This document shows positions 9,688 to 20,082 of a stretch of 64,000 nt of DNA, piece by piece. The notes beneath the pieces are model-generated. The model was not told the origin of the DNA. It was given only the letters and a program-made list of their open reading frames with translations, and did no database searches. Location of the stretch: contig CAWEPK010000005.1 of assembly GCA_963810935.1 (NCBI GenBank), forward strand, positions 256,001 to 320,000, written 5' to 3'. The position numbers and the translations under genes are program-made. Within the stretch, counting starts at the first letter, position 1. Each line of letters starts with the position of its first letter. Source of the DNA: an uncultured delta proteobacterium. Its GTDB lineage: Bacteria > Desulfobacterota > Syntrophorhabdia > Syntrophorhabdales > WCHB1-27.

Positions 9688-11135
9688 TATAGCGCTCCCC
9701 TGCGTTCTATAACTGCCTTTATCGTGCGCAAAAGAATCTTGATATCGAGAGCCAGCGACCAGTTCTCGATGTACTGCATGTCAAGCTTCATCCACTCGTC
9801 GAACTTGACTTCGTTCCTGCCCGTTACCTGCCAGAGACACGTAACACCCGGCGTCACCGACAACCGCTTGCGCTGCCAGGGGCGGTACTGGGCGACCTCT
9901 TTGACAATGGGCGGCCTGGGACCAACGAGGCTCATGGTGCCGTTAAACACGTTGAACAACTGGGGCAGCTCGTCAAGACTCGTGCGCCGCAAAAACCGGC
10001 CTGTGCGGGTCAGGCGGGGGTCATTCCTTATCTTGAAGACCGGGCCGTCCATCTCGTTGAGGTACATCACCTGTTCCTGCATCCTGTCCGCCCCGTCGAT
10101 CATGGAGCGGAATTTATACATGGGAAAAAGCCTTCCGTTCTTGCCGACGCGCTCCTGGATGTAAAAGACGGGGCCGGGCGATTCCCTCTTGATAAGGATC
10201 GGAATTACTATCCAGAAGGGCGTACATAGGGCGATGGCGATCCCTGAGACGACAAGGTCTATGAGCCGCTTAAGGAAGAGCAGCTCGGGCCTGTGCCACA
10301 CGGGCTTGAATACGAAAAACGAATAATCCTGCGCGCCTTCGAACCCGACGTAGTCCACTCTTTTCACGAAGGCCGAGACGTTCAGGACAAAGTCGAGGCC
10401 TACAACAGGGCAGCGCAGGGCTAGGCTCCGGATGTCTGCCTGGTTGCCGCCCTCCTGGCCGAAAACAACGCAATCGACAACATGGCTTTCGAGAACCAGC
10501 AAAAGGTCGTCCGTCTTGCCAAGGACATCGAAGCCGTCGATCTTTGTCCCAACCTCTCCCTCGTTGCCCGTCAGGAGCCCGACGACCTTGATCCCCCACT
10601 CGCGGCGCGTCTCGAGCAATTGCGCTGTCTTCAACGCGGATGCATCGGTCCCCACCACGAGCATGTATCTCAGCGATTCCTTCACAGCCGACGACATATC
10701 GACAAGCCGCCTCATCAGCGCCATGTCGGCCATGAAGAGGAGCGAGAGTATGGCCGCAAAGACAACGACGAACCACGCGTAGGCCATCAGCCCCGGATTG
10801 ACGATAAGCATGCACAGGAAAACGATGAAGATGAATAAGCACGGCAGGGTCGTCCCTAACAGGCCCTGATTGATTCTGTACCGGTCATGGGAGGTCGACC
10901 GGCTCGCGAACTGGAAGAAGAACATGGACGGTATCAGAACAAGGGGCAGAAGATGGAGCATCCTGTCCCAGTGGAGGGAGGGCGAAAATACGAACTGCAA
11001 CAGGGGCAGCGACCGCGGGACCGGCCTGATAAGGCCCGCGTAAACGAGCAATGACGCGATGTAAGAGACAAACGTCGCTATGCAATTAAGAAAGAAGAGC
11101 AGCGGCGAATAATACGTCTCCCTGTCCCTAAGCAT
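9687..11135 (-). CDS. priming undecaprenyl-phosphate glycosyl-1-phosphate transferase (WcaJ/CpsE family)
   Basis: N-terminal TMs, KRLIDL, YKFRSM, DPRLT, SLDELPQLFNV..G.MSLVGPRP, PGVTCLWQV.GR. Confidence 0.95.
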   Translation of the reverse strand: MLRDRETYYSPLLFFLNCIATFVSYIASLLVYAGLIRPVPRSLPLLQFVFSPSLHWDRMLHLLPLVLIPSMFFFQFASRSTSHDRYRINQGLLGTTLPCLFIFIVFLCMLIVNPGLMAYAWFVVVFAAILSLLFMADMALMRRLVDMSSAVKESLRYMLVVGTDASALKTAQLLETRREWGIKVVGLLTGNEGEVGTKIDGFDVLGKTDDLLLVLESHVVDCVVFGQEGGNQADIRSLALRCPVVGLDFVLNVSAFVKRVDYVGFEGAQDYSFFVFKPVWHRPELLFLKRLIDLVVSGIAIALCTPFWIVIPILIKRESPGPVFYIQERVGKNGRLFPMYKFRSMIDGADRMQEQVMYLNEMDGPVFKIRNDPRLTRTGRFLRRTSLDELPQLFNVFNGTMSLVGPRPPIVKEVAQYRPWQRKRLSVTPGVTCLWQVTGRNEVKFDEWMKLDMQYIENWSLALDIKILLRTIKAVIERRGAL

Positions 11136-11185
11136 TCCCTAAACCTGTCCCGTTGATCTTAACATATCCTGCCCGGCGATACCTT

Positions 11186-12802
11186 TCATTTCGTTGGCCC
11201 TTTGGGCGGCGCCAGTCTCAGTATCTCCTCGTCGCCGACGCGCGAGCAGACCTCCGTTTGATATCTGCCGGCAAATGCCCGGTCCACTCCCAGCCGGTTC
11301 ATCTCCTTCCACAGCACGAACCTCCCGGGCCTCATGCCTGCGAGGTAAACGTCGTTCCCTGCGGAAAGGGCGTCTCTTATCCTGCGGTCGATCTCGGACA
11401 GCAGCTTTTCTCCCTTCCTGCCCTGCATCCCCAGGCCGAAGATGGAGAGCGTCTTCCTGTCGGTAAAGTAAGGGATGTAGAGGAAAAGCCTGTCGGTCCC
11501 CGAAGTGATTATCAGGTCGTCTTTCCTCGCCTTATCTTTGAGGGCGGCGGCGATATTATATTCAGCGTTGTTGGCTGTCCTCGTATCCGGCAGGACCGTC
11601 CCGAAAAAATTGACGATGCTTATGATGCAAACAAAAGCGACCGCGACTGCCCCCGGTGCGGACGAGAGAAGCCCCGGTGCGCCCCCCTGCTCCCTGTCTG
11701 CTTGCAGGGCAAGGACCAGCGCAATTGCCCCCCACCAGGAGGCGACCACGGGGACCCAGAACTGGATATCGGCAGGTATCCAGTACAAAGCGAAGGCCGC
11801 GTACAAGAACGCCGATACCGTGAAGAGGACCAATGGAAGGCGCCAGCGGGCGAGCAGTGCGCGCCGGCGAACGATCAACATTGAGGTGATGTAGACCCAC
11901 ATCGCGGAAAGCACCGCGTAGTACGATACGAACAAGACCTTCTGCCACATAGCTGCGAACATGAAGAACGTCCTGATGCCCGCCAGGTAATTGAGCCCCG
12001 GAAACCCGGCGAGGCTTCTCATGAGCCCGAGCGTGCCCGTCGGGAAACTCTGCCTGCTGAAGACACCCCAGAGCCCCACCTCCTGCAAAGACAACTGCCA
12101 GTGCACGAAGCCTTTCAGCGTCGAGACCCCATACACCACGTGCGCGACGAGGAGATGGCACCCGGAGACTATAACGAAGACCGTGAGAAGATAGATGCCT
12201 ATCAGCCTTATTTTCGATGCAGCTTTCCCAAAGTCCCCCAATATGTATGCGAGTCCTATAACAGGCACCATGAAGACGCCCGTCTCGTAAGAGAGGATGG
12301 CGGCGGCGGTCAGAAGGCCCGCGGCCACGGCATTGCGGGGCGCGGCAAGCCGGTGCGGTGGCAATGCGATCGCAAAGACCAACAGCGCGATGTTCAACGC
12401 CAGGGGGAACGTAACAACCTCGACGTCCGTGCTGAAGAGCCAGACGGCGAAGCACGTGCCGAAGCCGAATGAGACGAGGGCTGTAACGCGCCACATGCCC
12501 GTCATCCGCAGGACGAGGAACGCGAAGAGCGCAACGGAGACGGCCCCCCAGAAGGCGCTGAACATCTGCAGGGGCAGGATGGCGTTTCCGGTCCACCCGA
12601 GGAGCTTCCACAACGCGTACCACGCGAAGATGGACGCATCGTAAAGCATGTGGTTCGGCATGAGGGAGACGTGTGACGATTCCGTTGCCATAAGGAACTG
12701 GACCCCGTCACCGAGGTAATTTCTGGAAAGGGTCGCAAGGTATACGATGAATGCGGCTGCGCCGATACCGGAGAATATATATATCTGTTTACGCGCCTCC
12801 AT
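11186..12802 (-). CDS. multi-pass membrane protein, probable GT-C (ArnT/DUF2723-like) transferase
   Basis: About 11 TMs; GDGVQF...PNHMLY and STDVEVV motifs; C-terminal soluble domain; start taken at MEARKQ. Confidence 0.6.
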   Translation of the reverse strand: MEARKQIYIFSGIGAAAFIVYLATLSRNYLGDGVQFLMATESSHVSLMPNHMLYDASIFAWYALWKLLGWTGNAILPLQMFSAFWGAVSVALFAFLVLRMTGMWRVTALVSFGFGTCFAVWLFSTDVEVVTFPLALNIALLVFAIALPPHRLAAPRNAVAAGLLTAAAILSYETGVFMVPVIGLAYILGDFGKAASKIRLIGIYLLTVFVIVSGCHLLVAHVVYGVSTLKGFVHWQLSLQEVGLWGVFSRQSFPTGTLGLMRSLAGFPGLNYLAGIRTFFMFAAMWQKVLFVSYYAVLSAMWVYITSMLIVRRRALLARWRLPLVLFTVSAFLYAAFALYWIPADIQFWVPVVASWWGAIALVLALQADREQGGAPGLLSSAPGAVAVAFVCIISIVNFFGTVLPDTRTANNAEYNIAAALKDKARKDDLIITSGTDRLFLYIPYFTDRKTLSIFGLGMQGRKGEKLLSEIDRRIRDALSAGNDVYLAGMRPGRFVLWKEMNRLGVDRAFAGRYQTEVCSRVGDEEILRLAPPKGPTK

Positions 12803-12813
12803 GCGCGTGTCCG

Positions 12814-13938
12814 CTAATTGCTGCACGATGCCGCGCCTTGCCCGTCGCCCAGGCATTCCCGGAACAGCCTTTCGTAGTCGTCCGTTACCTTTTCCCACGT
12901 GAAGCGCTCAAGGACCGTCTGCACCGCCCTCTTTCGATAATATTCAACCGGTACGTCCCCGCGGACGACCATCTCCATCTTCTCGCGCAGGTCGTCCTCG
13001 CTCTCTTTTTCGAAAACTACCGCTGCGTCGCCTGCGACCTCGATGTTTTCCGGCGTCCCGTTCACGATCACGCAATTGCCGAAGCCCATAGCCTCGATAA
13101 GGGCCGGGTGCGTCCCGCCGACGGACGTCGCGTGCACGTAACAGTAAGCGTGGGACTGTAGCTCCCTGTAGCCCTTGCCGAACACGTAGCCTGCAAATAC
13201 GATCCTCGGGTCCCTGGTGCTTTTCAACGTCTCGATATAGTCCCTGGCGTAAGGGGCGTCGCCCACGATCACCAGCTTCATGTCCGTGGCGACCTTCTCG
13301 AATGCCTTAATGACGAGGTGGGCGTTATTTTCGGGCTCCAGCCTGCTCACATAGAGGATATAGCGGCCGGGCTCTACGCCGAGGTTCTCCAGGGCCTCGA
13401 TGCTCGGGGCCTTCTCAACGGTCGCGCCGTACGGGATGAAGACCGTCTCTTTTCCGTACGTCTCCCTGTAGTAATCCCTGATAACCAGGGCGTCGGAAAG
13501 GGTCACGTCCGGGAAGACGGTAGAGCAGATCTCCCCTATCCTGTACCATGCCCTGCCAAGGGCGTTCCATTTGGCCCGCTTCCTCTCGATCCCGTCGACG
13601 TTGATGACGACCTTCTGTCCGCCTATCCGGGGGATGAACGATAACGGACCGTTCGCGGCATTGCAAAGCAGGACGATGTCAAAGCGACGGAAAAGGGCGT
13701 GGACCAGGGAAATAAACGTGTGCACCACCGTATCGAGGTATTTGTGGCTGATGGTGGGCAGGATCGCGATCTCAACGCCTTTATAAAATTTCTGCCGGTA
13801 ATCGATTATGTTCGACCTGCCGTAAACCGTTACCTCGTGCCCTTTTTCAACAAGCCGCGTGCCCAGCTCTTCGGCAAAGGTCTCGAACCCTCCGTAACAT
13901 GCAGGTATGCCCCTGGTCCCGATGATGGCTATCTTCAT
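12814..13938 (-). CDS. GT4 glycosyltransferase (DUF1972, rhamnosyltransferase-like)
   Basis: MKIAIIGTRGIPACYGGFET, SRLEPENN, VGGTHPALIEAM. Confidence 0.9.
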   Translation of the reverse strand: MKIAIIGTRGIPACYGGFETFAEELGTRLVEKGHEVTVYGRSNIIDYRQKFYKGVEIAILPTISHKYLDTVVHTFISLVHALFRRFDIVLLCNAANGPLSFIPRIGGQKVVINVDGIERKRAKWNALGRAWYRIGEICSTVFPDVTLSDALVIRDYYRETYGKETVFIPYGATVEKAPSIEALENLGVEPGRYILYVSRLEPENNAHLVIKAFEKVATDMKLVIVGDAPYARDYIETLKSTRDPRIVFAGYVFGKGYRELQSHAYCYVHATSVGGTHPALIEAMGFGNCVIVNGTPENIEVAGDAAVVFEKESEDDLREKMEMVVRGDVPVEYYRKRAVQTVLERFTWEKVTDDYERLFRECLGDGQGAASCSN

Positions 13939-13945
13939 GGCCGGC

Positions 13946-14731
13946 TCATGCCGTCCGCTCCCCTACGATAGTGTAGGTGAGCCACTTCCGGCCCCGGTAT
14001 TTCTGCAAAGAGTAGCTGACTGTGGACTTTCCGAACCCCAGTGTCCGCAAAAACGCCTTGACCACCGCCGGTGACAAGAACCACCAGGTATCCGGGTGCT
14101 CGAAGCCGCTCACCCTGGGCACGAAGGTCATGTGCGGCCGGGGCAGAATACCGCTCAGCAGATAATAGGGAATGAACCGGTTCCAGATCACGTCCGTCAC
14201 TATGACCTTCTCGCGCGTCAGGGAAAGGGCGCTCTGGAGTGCAGCGAAAGGATTTTGGAGATGGACAAGGACTGCGCAGAAGGTCGTTATATCGACCTCC
14301 CCTATCTCGCGCGGGACGTGGTAAGTCGTTCCATAGACCACCCTGCTTTTCGACTCGTACACCTTATGGGAGAACCAGAACGCATTATTTATCTTCGCCA
14401 GGCCTTCTTTAAACTCCTCAACTTTTTTGTCGTGATCGTATCCGGCGAAAGGGACCACGTCCCATGTATAATTTTCGTTAAGATCGTAAGCAACCACGTC
14501 CGCGCCCTGCTTTTCCATGTAGAAACAGAGACAGCCGCTTGCTGTGCCTATCTCGAGCACCCTCTTGCCCGAAAAATCGACCCTGCCGAGATAATCGGCC
14601 TCCCGGCCCCTAAGGTCCCACGATCCTTTCATCGTCCCGTATCCAGGCAGGTCCATCGTGTGGTAGAAAATACAATCACCGATGTCCTCGACGATTTTGG
14701 GCGTTGCGTAAATAATACGACCCCCCGCCAT
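13946..14731 (-). CDS. class I SAM-dependent methyltransferase
   Basis: SD AGGAGG; FYHTMDLPG..GSWDLRG, GKRVLEIGTASG. Confidence 0.85.
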   Translation of the reverse strand: MAGGRIIYATPKIVEDIGDCIFYHTMDLPGYGTMKGSWDLRGREADYLGRVDFSGKRVLEIGTASGCLCFYMEKQGADVVAYDLNENYTWDVVPFAGYDHDKKVEEFKEGLAKINNAFWFSHKVYESKSRVVYGTTYHVPREIGEVDITTFCAVLVHLQNPFAALQSALSLTREKVIVTDVIWNRFIPYYLLSGILPRPHMTFVPRVSGFEHPDTWWFLSPAVVKAFLRTLGFGKSTVSYSLQKYRGRKWLTYTIVGERTA

Positions 14732-14810
14732 ACTACCTCCTCCTGCCATACAGCGCACCTCTCCCGTGTCCGAATTGCTCTATTGTTTATTCGTCCGATT
14801 GGGTCCCGGC

Positions 14811-17204
14811 TTAAGGATGACTGCCTTTTCTTGCGGCCAGGTATCCCCATGTGTAGGCGTTCGGGCCTATTGTCTGGTGTACCGTAAACTCGCACATAAT
14901 GGGATACCAGTAGACGTCCCAGTAGGTTTCCATCACGGGCCACTGCCTCGATTCGGGATAGCAGTACCGGGCCAGCGTCCGGTACGGCTCGGAATCGAAG
15001 CCCCCGACGAGGCTGATATCGAGGGGGCCCAGGACCGTAATCCCCGGCGGGGGCGCCTGGTTCGTCACGCGGGAATCAAAATGCATCGGGTGCAGGGGGC
15101 TTTTCCATCCCAGACCCGTAGTGTAGCTCATGTTGAGCGGGTTGGCGCCGGCCCCGGCCTGGCAGGCAAGGACGGCCGCCTTCAGGTACTTCGCGTCCCC
15201 CGTCATATAGTGGGCGCGCAGCACGTTTATGCTGTCCGATACGGTGAACGCGCCGGCGAAAGGCGGTCTGTACGGGTCCTTCATCCAGCGGAAGCCCGCC
15301 TGCTGCTGGGCATTCATGCGCCTTCCGGCTTCCTTGACAATGTTCTCCCTGCAGCGCGCCTTCAGGCCGTTGTCGATTGCGCTTTGCCTGTCTGAGCGTA
15401 TGCAGACCCAGGCGGCCTCCATCTGGCCGGAAGTTTTGGGGCGGTCCGGGCCGGAGAGGTCGATTGAAGCCAGGAATATATCGCGCCACGATTTTGCGCC
15501 TGTAAGGCGAAGCAGCTCCGCTGCAGCGAGGCCCCTCGATTCTTTCACCGGGTCGGGCCAGCGCTCTCTTGTGCCCAGCTCCCGCTCGGCCCAGGTCATG
15601 GCCGAAAGTGCGCTTTCACCGTATTCTTTCGACAAGGCGGGACTGCGCGTCTTCAGGGTGTAAGCGGCAGCGGCGGCAGCGGCGGCATATTCGTAGCTCG
15701 ACCATGCATCGGGCGCATAGGCCATGACGAGCTGCGATTCCTGCCAGCTTCCCTCCCCGTAACGCGGGTGGGCTTCCGATTCGATGCCGCCCCGCACCCC
15801 GCCCTCTTTCGTTTGGAGCCGCTTGTAAAAATCGACGTCCCAGAGGGCCTCCCGGATGATGCCGGGGAGGCCGTCAGGGCCGGGGAGGTTTAAATCCAGG
15901 CGCTCGAAATAATCGGGGAAAAGCTCGTAGAGCTCGAGGAGCGTCCTCGAAACAGAGAGGTGCTGAATGCGCCGGTCCCAGTCGCCTGCGTCGCAATATC
16001 CGCCCCATGCATTGGGGACTATATCGCCTGTCCTTCCCTGCACCAGTTTTGTGAAGGCATCGTTTTTCGCCTCCAGGCCGTTCGATGTCTCCATGAGCGT
16101 CGTTTTTGAGGCGTAGACCCTGACGCCGTCTTCCGGATGGAAGTTCCGCGGCCGCCGGAAGTTCGTATACGGCGGCCCCAGCTCAATGCCGCTCCTCTGG
16201 TGGTAAAGTCCCCGCACGGAGACGTAGAATGCCTTCTGCCAGACATCGTCCCGGATATCGAAAGGATGGGAGCAACCGACGCCTTCAACGCAGACCCGGT
16301 ATGTCCCAGGCTTAGCAAGGGGGCTGAAGTCCGCAATATAGACGTCGACGCCGTTGAAGTTCCTGCCGTAAGTATCCTCGGTGGGATCGCTGCCCCGTTT
16401 TGTAAGTTTTATGCCGCCCCTGAACTGAACGGCATCGCTTTTGTCATCAATGACGGAGAACGGGGTCCCCTCGCGGAAGGCACGCGCCCCTCCGCTGCCC
16501 ATCCAAAGGGATAGGAAAGCCGTTTTTGACGGGTCGTCCGGCCTGAAGCCTATCTGGCTCACGTGGACCGCCTCGCTGATGGTGCGGGCAGGGTCGTATA
16601 CGAAAGCCTGCTCCGGGACGCCGGGGACGGGGAGCCTGACCGAGTACTTCTTCCCGGGCTTCAAGGGGTCGGCCAGCTTCAGGTAGACCGTGTGCTCAAC
16701 CGGCGCGTCGAAAGTGCCCCCCATACAGGCAAGGTCGGTCGGCTTGCTCTTGCGGAAGACTGTTTCAGGGCTCTTGGGAGAGGCATAGGCCGCATCGTCG
16801 GCTGAAGAGATGGCGTACCCCTCGGGCCTGTCGAAAAGCGCGGGGTCAGGCCTCTCGCCGGCAACCCGGTCGAGGGATATCATCTTGCCCTCCTTGCGGA
16901 TGAGGGCCCCCACCATCTTAGTCCCCCGGAATACCCAGAAGGTGCCTTCCTCTCCCGTGGCGACCCTGTCGTTCTTCTGCTGGCTGTAAGGCTCCTGTCT
17001 TCCGTACTCGACGCGTCCCGCCCTTATCGTTATCGAAACGATATTCGGCCCAACAACGCCTATGGACTCGACTGCCGGCTTTTCAGGCTTTGCGGCCTCG
17101 GGCGACGGGCCGGCAGGCTTACCGCAGAAAGCGAAAACGAATGAGGCGGCAAGCAGGAGGGCAAGCCGGACCCGGCCGGGTGTTTTATATTGGTTCTGAA
17201 TCAC
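14811..17204 (-). CDS. glycoside hydrolase family 9 lipoprotein with an Ig-like (CelD_N) domain
   Basis: Lipobox FAFC; VHVSQIGF.P...K.A, YHQRSG, GGYCDAGD, C-terminal CEFTVHQ (catalytic Glu region). Confidence 0.9.
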   Translation of the reverse strand: MIQNQYKTPGRVRLALLLAASFVFAFCGKPAGPSPEAAKPEKPAVESIGVVGPNIVSITIRAGRVEYGRQEPYSQQKNDRVATGEEGTFWVFRGTKMVGALIRKEGKMISLDRVAGERPDPALFDRPEGYAISSADDAAYASPKSPETVFRKSKPTDLACMGGTFDAPVEHTVYLKLADPLKPGKKYSVRLPVPGVPEQAFVYDPARTISEAVHVSQIGFRPDDPSKTAFLSLWMGSGGARAFREGTPFSVIDDKSDAVQFRGGIKLTKRGSDPTEDTYGRNFNGVDVYIADFSPLAKPGTYRVCVEGVGCSHPFDIRDDVWQKAFYVSVRGLYHQRSGIELGPPYTNFRRPRNFHPEDGVRVYASKTTLMETSNGLEAKNDAFTKLVQGRTGDIVPNAWGGYCDAGDWDRRIQHLSVSRTLLELYELFPDYFERLDLNLPGPDGLPGIIREALWDVDFYKRLQTKEGGVRGGIESEAHPRYGEGSWQESQLVMAYAPDAWSSYEYAAAAAAAAYTLKTRSPALSKEYGESALSAMTWAERELGTRERWPDPVKESRGLAAAELLRLTGAKSWRDIFLASIDLSGPDRPKTSGQMEAAWVCIRSDRQSAIDNGLKARCRENIVKEAGRRMNAQQQAGFRWMKDPYRPPFAGAFTVSDSINVLRAHYMTGDAKYLKAAVLACQAGAGANPLNMSYTTGLGWKSPLHPMHFDSRVTNQAPPPGITVLGPLDISLVGGFDSEPYRTLARYCYPESRQWPVMETYWDVYWYPIMCEFTVHQTIGPNAYTWGYLAARKGSHP

Positions 17205-17210
17205 GGTTGT

Positions 17211-17732
17211 CTAAGGACCGGTAGGATCACGTATGAAAGTGGACGGCGACGGGGGTACATCGTCGCATGCGACGACTTCGACTGCAACCCACATGCAGTT
17301 GTTCATGTTCGCGAGCCTTACGGGAATTAACCGATAGATATTCCCGTCGCACGCGAATTCGGGGGGCCGGACGTTAACGACTGCGCTGGCGTTCGCGTCC
17401 TTCCGCAGCGCCTCTATATCGTACTGGCAACTGAAGACCGGCACGCCGGGGTTGAGGACGACGTATTTTCCCTTAATCACCAGGTCCAAAAAATCGACGT
17501 GGAGCGGGTCGGGATGGAGGTCGAGCATGTTGAGGGTCTGGTTGGCCGTTTCGCCCTTCCTGTACATCCGCGCCTCGTGCCTGAACAGGTAACAGACACG
17601 CTCGATCAGGTTCGGCTCGGAAACGGCGAAACTGGCCCTTTTCACGTAACACTGGGTAGACCATGCCTGTAAGGGACAGAAAATGACAGCGAGCATGATA
17701 AGACCGATCGCTCGCCGTATTGCGTGCTTCAT
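17211..17732 (-). CDS. exported hypothetical protein
   Basis: Signal peptide (…QAWS), SD GGAGG, operon-like spacing, several Cys. Confidence 0.65.
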   Translation of the reverse strand: MKHAIRRAIGLIMLAVIFCPLQAWSTQCYVKRASFAVSEPNLIERVCYLFRHEARMYRKGETANQTLNMLDLHPDPLHVDFLDLVIKGKYVVLNPGVPVFSCQYDIEALRKDANASAVVNVRPPEFACDGNIYRLIPVRLANMNNCMWVAVEVVACDDVPPSPSTFIRDPTGP

Positions 17733-17791
17733 TATTGCCTCCTTAAACTGCGGACGCCCCGTGCGCCCCTATTGTAACATAATTCGGGATG

Positions 17792-19288
17792 TCAGCCACC
17801 CGTGCGCTCAAGGGCCGCAGGATCGACGTTTCTTCCGCGGGGAGCGCCCGTTTCCCTGTTCTCTTTCTCGGAGAATAAGGCCAGGAAGCCGGCAGGGGCC
17901 GCCCGCACGACGAACACCAGCAACGCGTATAGACCCAGGGAAATCAACACCCTGAGAATAGGCATAACGCCCGAAAGGAGAACGTTCAGCACGACATAAA
18001 GAAGAACGTTCAGGCAGCCTATCTTCACCCACTTCCGCCATCGGAACACATTGCCCAGGCGGCCCGTCACGTAGCAGAACGTGACGGTTGCCAGGAATGT
18101 CTCGCAGCCCAGGGCGACCCATGCGGCGCCCCGGAAGCTGTAATGGGGGATCAGGAAATAATTGAAACCGAGGCAGAGCGCTGCCGCGCTCGCCGCGCTC
18201 CAGTAAGCATACTTGACGGAACCGATGCCTATGGCGGCGGCAGACGAGAAAAGAGAATAAAAGATAACGACGCAAATCCATGCCATGATGTCGAGGACGG
18301 GCGCGGCGGCCGCGAAGGCCTTACCGAACAGGAGGGTAACAACGCTCCCCGACACAACGGGAACGACGATGGCAATGGGGACCGCAACGATGGCAACGAT
18401 CTCGATCAGGGGAACGAACATCCGCTTAAGCGCGTCGACGCCGCTCAGAGCCCTTGCTGCGAAGACCGGTATGAGAGGCGCGGAAAGGGCCGCCGCAAGC
18501 AGGGCCGAAAGCTCCACGAACCTATAGCCCGCGTTGTATATGGCTACGGCATCGTCCGATTTCATGGCGGCCAGCATTAGGATCGGGATACGCGCCGTAA
18601 CGATGACGAACAGGGACGAAACACCCAGGGGGACGGCCAGCTTGAGTATGCTTTTGGTGAGGGGCAGGTCCGGAACAAAGACCGGCCTTATGGACCTCCA
18701 GGACAGAGAGAATGCAACGATTGCATATATCGTGTTCGACACTACAAACGCACACACTATGAATAGAAGGTTTTTTGTGAACATCAGGACCAGGGTCAGG
18801 AAAAGGCAGTAGCTCACGCCGTAGGAAACCGACGAATAAGTGGAGTGCCACGGTCTCCGGTATACCTGGAAAATGGGCTCGAAGAAGCGGGCGGCGAGGA
18901 ATGGGATGGCCAGCATGCCCGGAAGAAGGATGGGAAACAGGTCCCTCCTTAGATAGAAGGCCGCAATAATGCCGAAGGGGATCACCGCCAGGCTGAGGGC
19001 CACCCTCAGGAACAGGAAATTGCCCCAGTACAGGCCCGCCTGCTTCTCTTCCTGCGTTATGCCCCTGCCCAGGACCGAGCACATGCCGGAGTCCGCTATG
19101 GCGGCGAAAAGGCCCAGAAAGGCGAGCACATATGAGAACTTACCGAAGAACTCGATGCCCGCTATGCGGCCGATGATAATATAGGAGACAAAATTGGCGC
19201 CGAAAGAGACGGCCCTTCCGATGGCCTGGCTTGCCAGGTTGAGAAAGTACTGGCTCTCAAGGCTCTGTCGCCTGGCGGTCCGGATCAC
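17792..19288 (-). CDS. wzx: Wzx flippase
   Basis: About 14 TMs; FGKFSYVLAF, VAIYNAGYR, LIPHYSFRGAA. Confidence 0.85.
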   Translation of the reverse strand: MIRTARRQSLESQYFLNLASQAIGRAVSFGANFVSYIIIGRIAGIEFFGKFSYVLAFLGLFAAIADSGMCSVLGRGITQEEKQAGLYWGNFLFLRVALSLAVIPFGIIAAFYLRRDLFPILLPGMLAIPFLAARFFEPIFQVYRRPWHSTYSSVSYGVSYCLFLTLVLMFTKNLLFIVCAFVVSNTIYAIVAFSLSWRSIRPVFVPDLPLTKSILKLAVPLGVSSLFVIVTARIPILMLAAMKSDDAVAIYNAGYRFVELSALLAAALSAPLIPVFAARALSGVDALKRMFVPLIEIVAIVAVPIAIVVPVVSGSVVTLLFGKAFAAAAPVLDIMAWICVVIFYSLFSSAAAIGIGSVKYAYWSAASAAALCLGFNYFLIPHYSFRGAAWVALGCETFLATVTFCYVTGRLGNVFRWRKWVKIGCLNVLLYVVLNVLLSGVMPILRVLISLGLYALLVFVVRAAPAGFLALFSEKENRETGAPRGRNVDPAALERTGG

Positions 19289-20082
19289 TTCGCCTCCCGG
19301 TCGTCGCTTAGCGCATCGGCTGATTTTATGATGACGATGTGGCTGTGCGATACGTAGGCGCCGGTGAAATACGAAGGGCGGTAAGGGGCGATGCCCGAGA
19401 CCGGACGCGTTATATCTCCCATGCCCTGTTCGTCCATGAGCTGCTTGACGAGTCCTACCATGCCGTAGTCGTGGCTTTTGAAACGCTGTCTGAGGCTCGC
19501 ATACTTACGAAGCCGCAAGACCCATTGCGTGCCGACCTCTTTTCCCGTCATCCGCGCGGCCAGGCGCAAAAGGAGCGAAACGACCCTGTAGCGGAAGGAC
19601 GGGCGGCCGTACTGCCGGTACCTCTTTCCGTCAGGCCAGTCGCCCCAGTAGCCCGTGCCCCAGTCCTCGATAGCGTAAATGCCGCCCGGCTTCAGGTGTT
19701 TCAGGAACAGGTGCCAGAAGGAGATCCGCGTCTGCTCCCCCATGTGGGAGCAATCGTCGATGATTATGTCGAAACCGCCGGGCGCGCTCTCCGCGCGAAT
19801 GCGGTCGAGCAGGCGCAGGTCGTCCTGCATCCCCCGGTAAACCCTGATGCGTCCGGTCTTATCCTCTATCGGGCACGGGTCCACGTCCAGCCCGGCTATC
19901 GTCCCCTTCTCGAAATAGTCGCGCCACATCAGCAACGAGCCGCCTTTCAGTATGCCCAGCTCCAGAAGCTTTACTTCTTTTTCCGCAAGGGGTGCGAAGA
20001 ATTTTTCGTACGCCCGCAGATAGTGGCTCAAATCTATTTTGTCCGTGTCGTACCACTGTGCGTCGAGTTTTTTCGTGCTCAT
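19285..20082 (-). CDS. class I SAM-dependent methyltransferase (sugar O-methyltransferase-like)
   Basis: TDK...HYL..YE, LLELGILKGGSL.MW..YF, FDIIIDDCSH, LKPGGIYAIED. Confidence 0.85.
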   Translation of the reverse strand: MSTKKLDAQWYDTDKIDLSHYLRAYEKFFAPLAEKEVKLLELGILKGGSLLMWRDYFEKGTIAGLDVDPCPIEDKTGRIRVYRGMQDDLRLLDRIRAESAPGGFDIIIDDCSHMGEQTRISFWHLFLKHLKPGGIYAIEDWGTGYWGDWPDGKRYRQYGRPSFRYRVVSLLLRLAARMTGKEVGTQWVLRLRKYASLRQRFKSHDYGMVGLVKQLMDEQGMGDITRPVSGIAPYRPSYFTGAYVSHSHIVIIKSADALSDDREAK

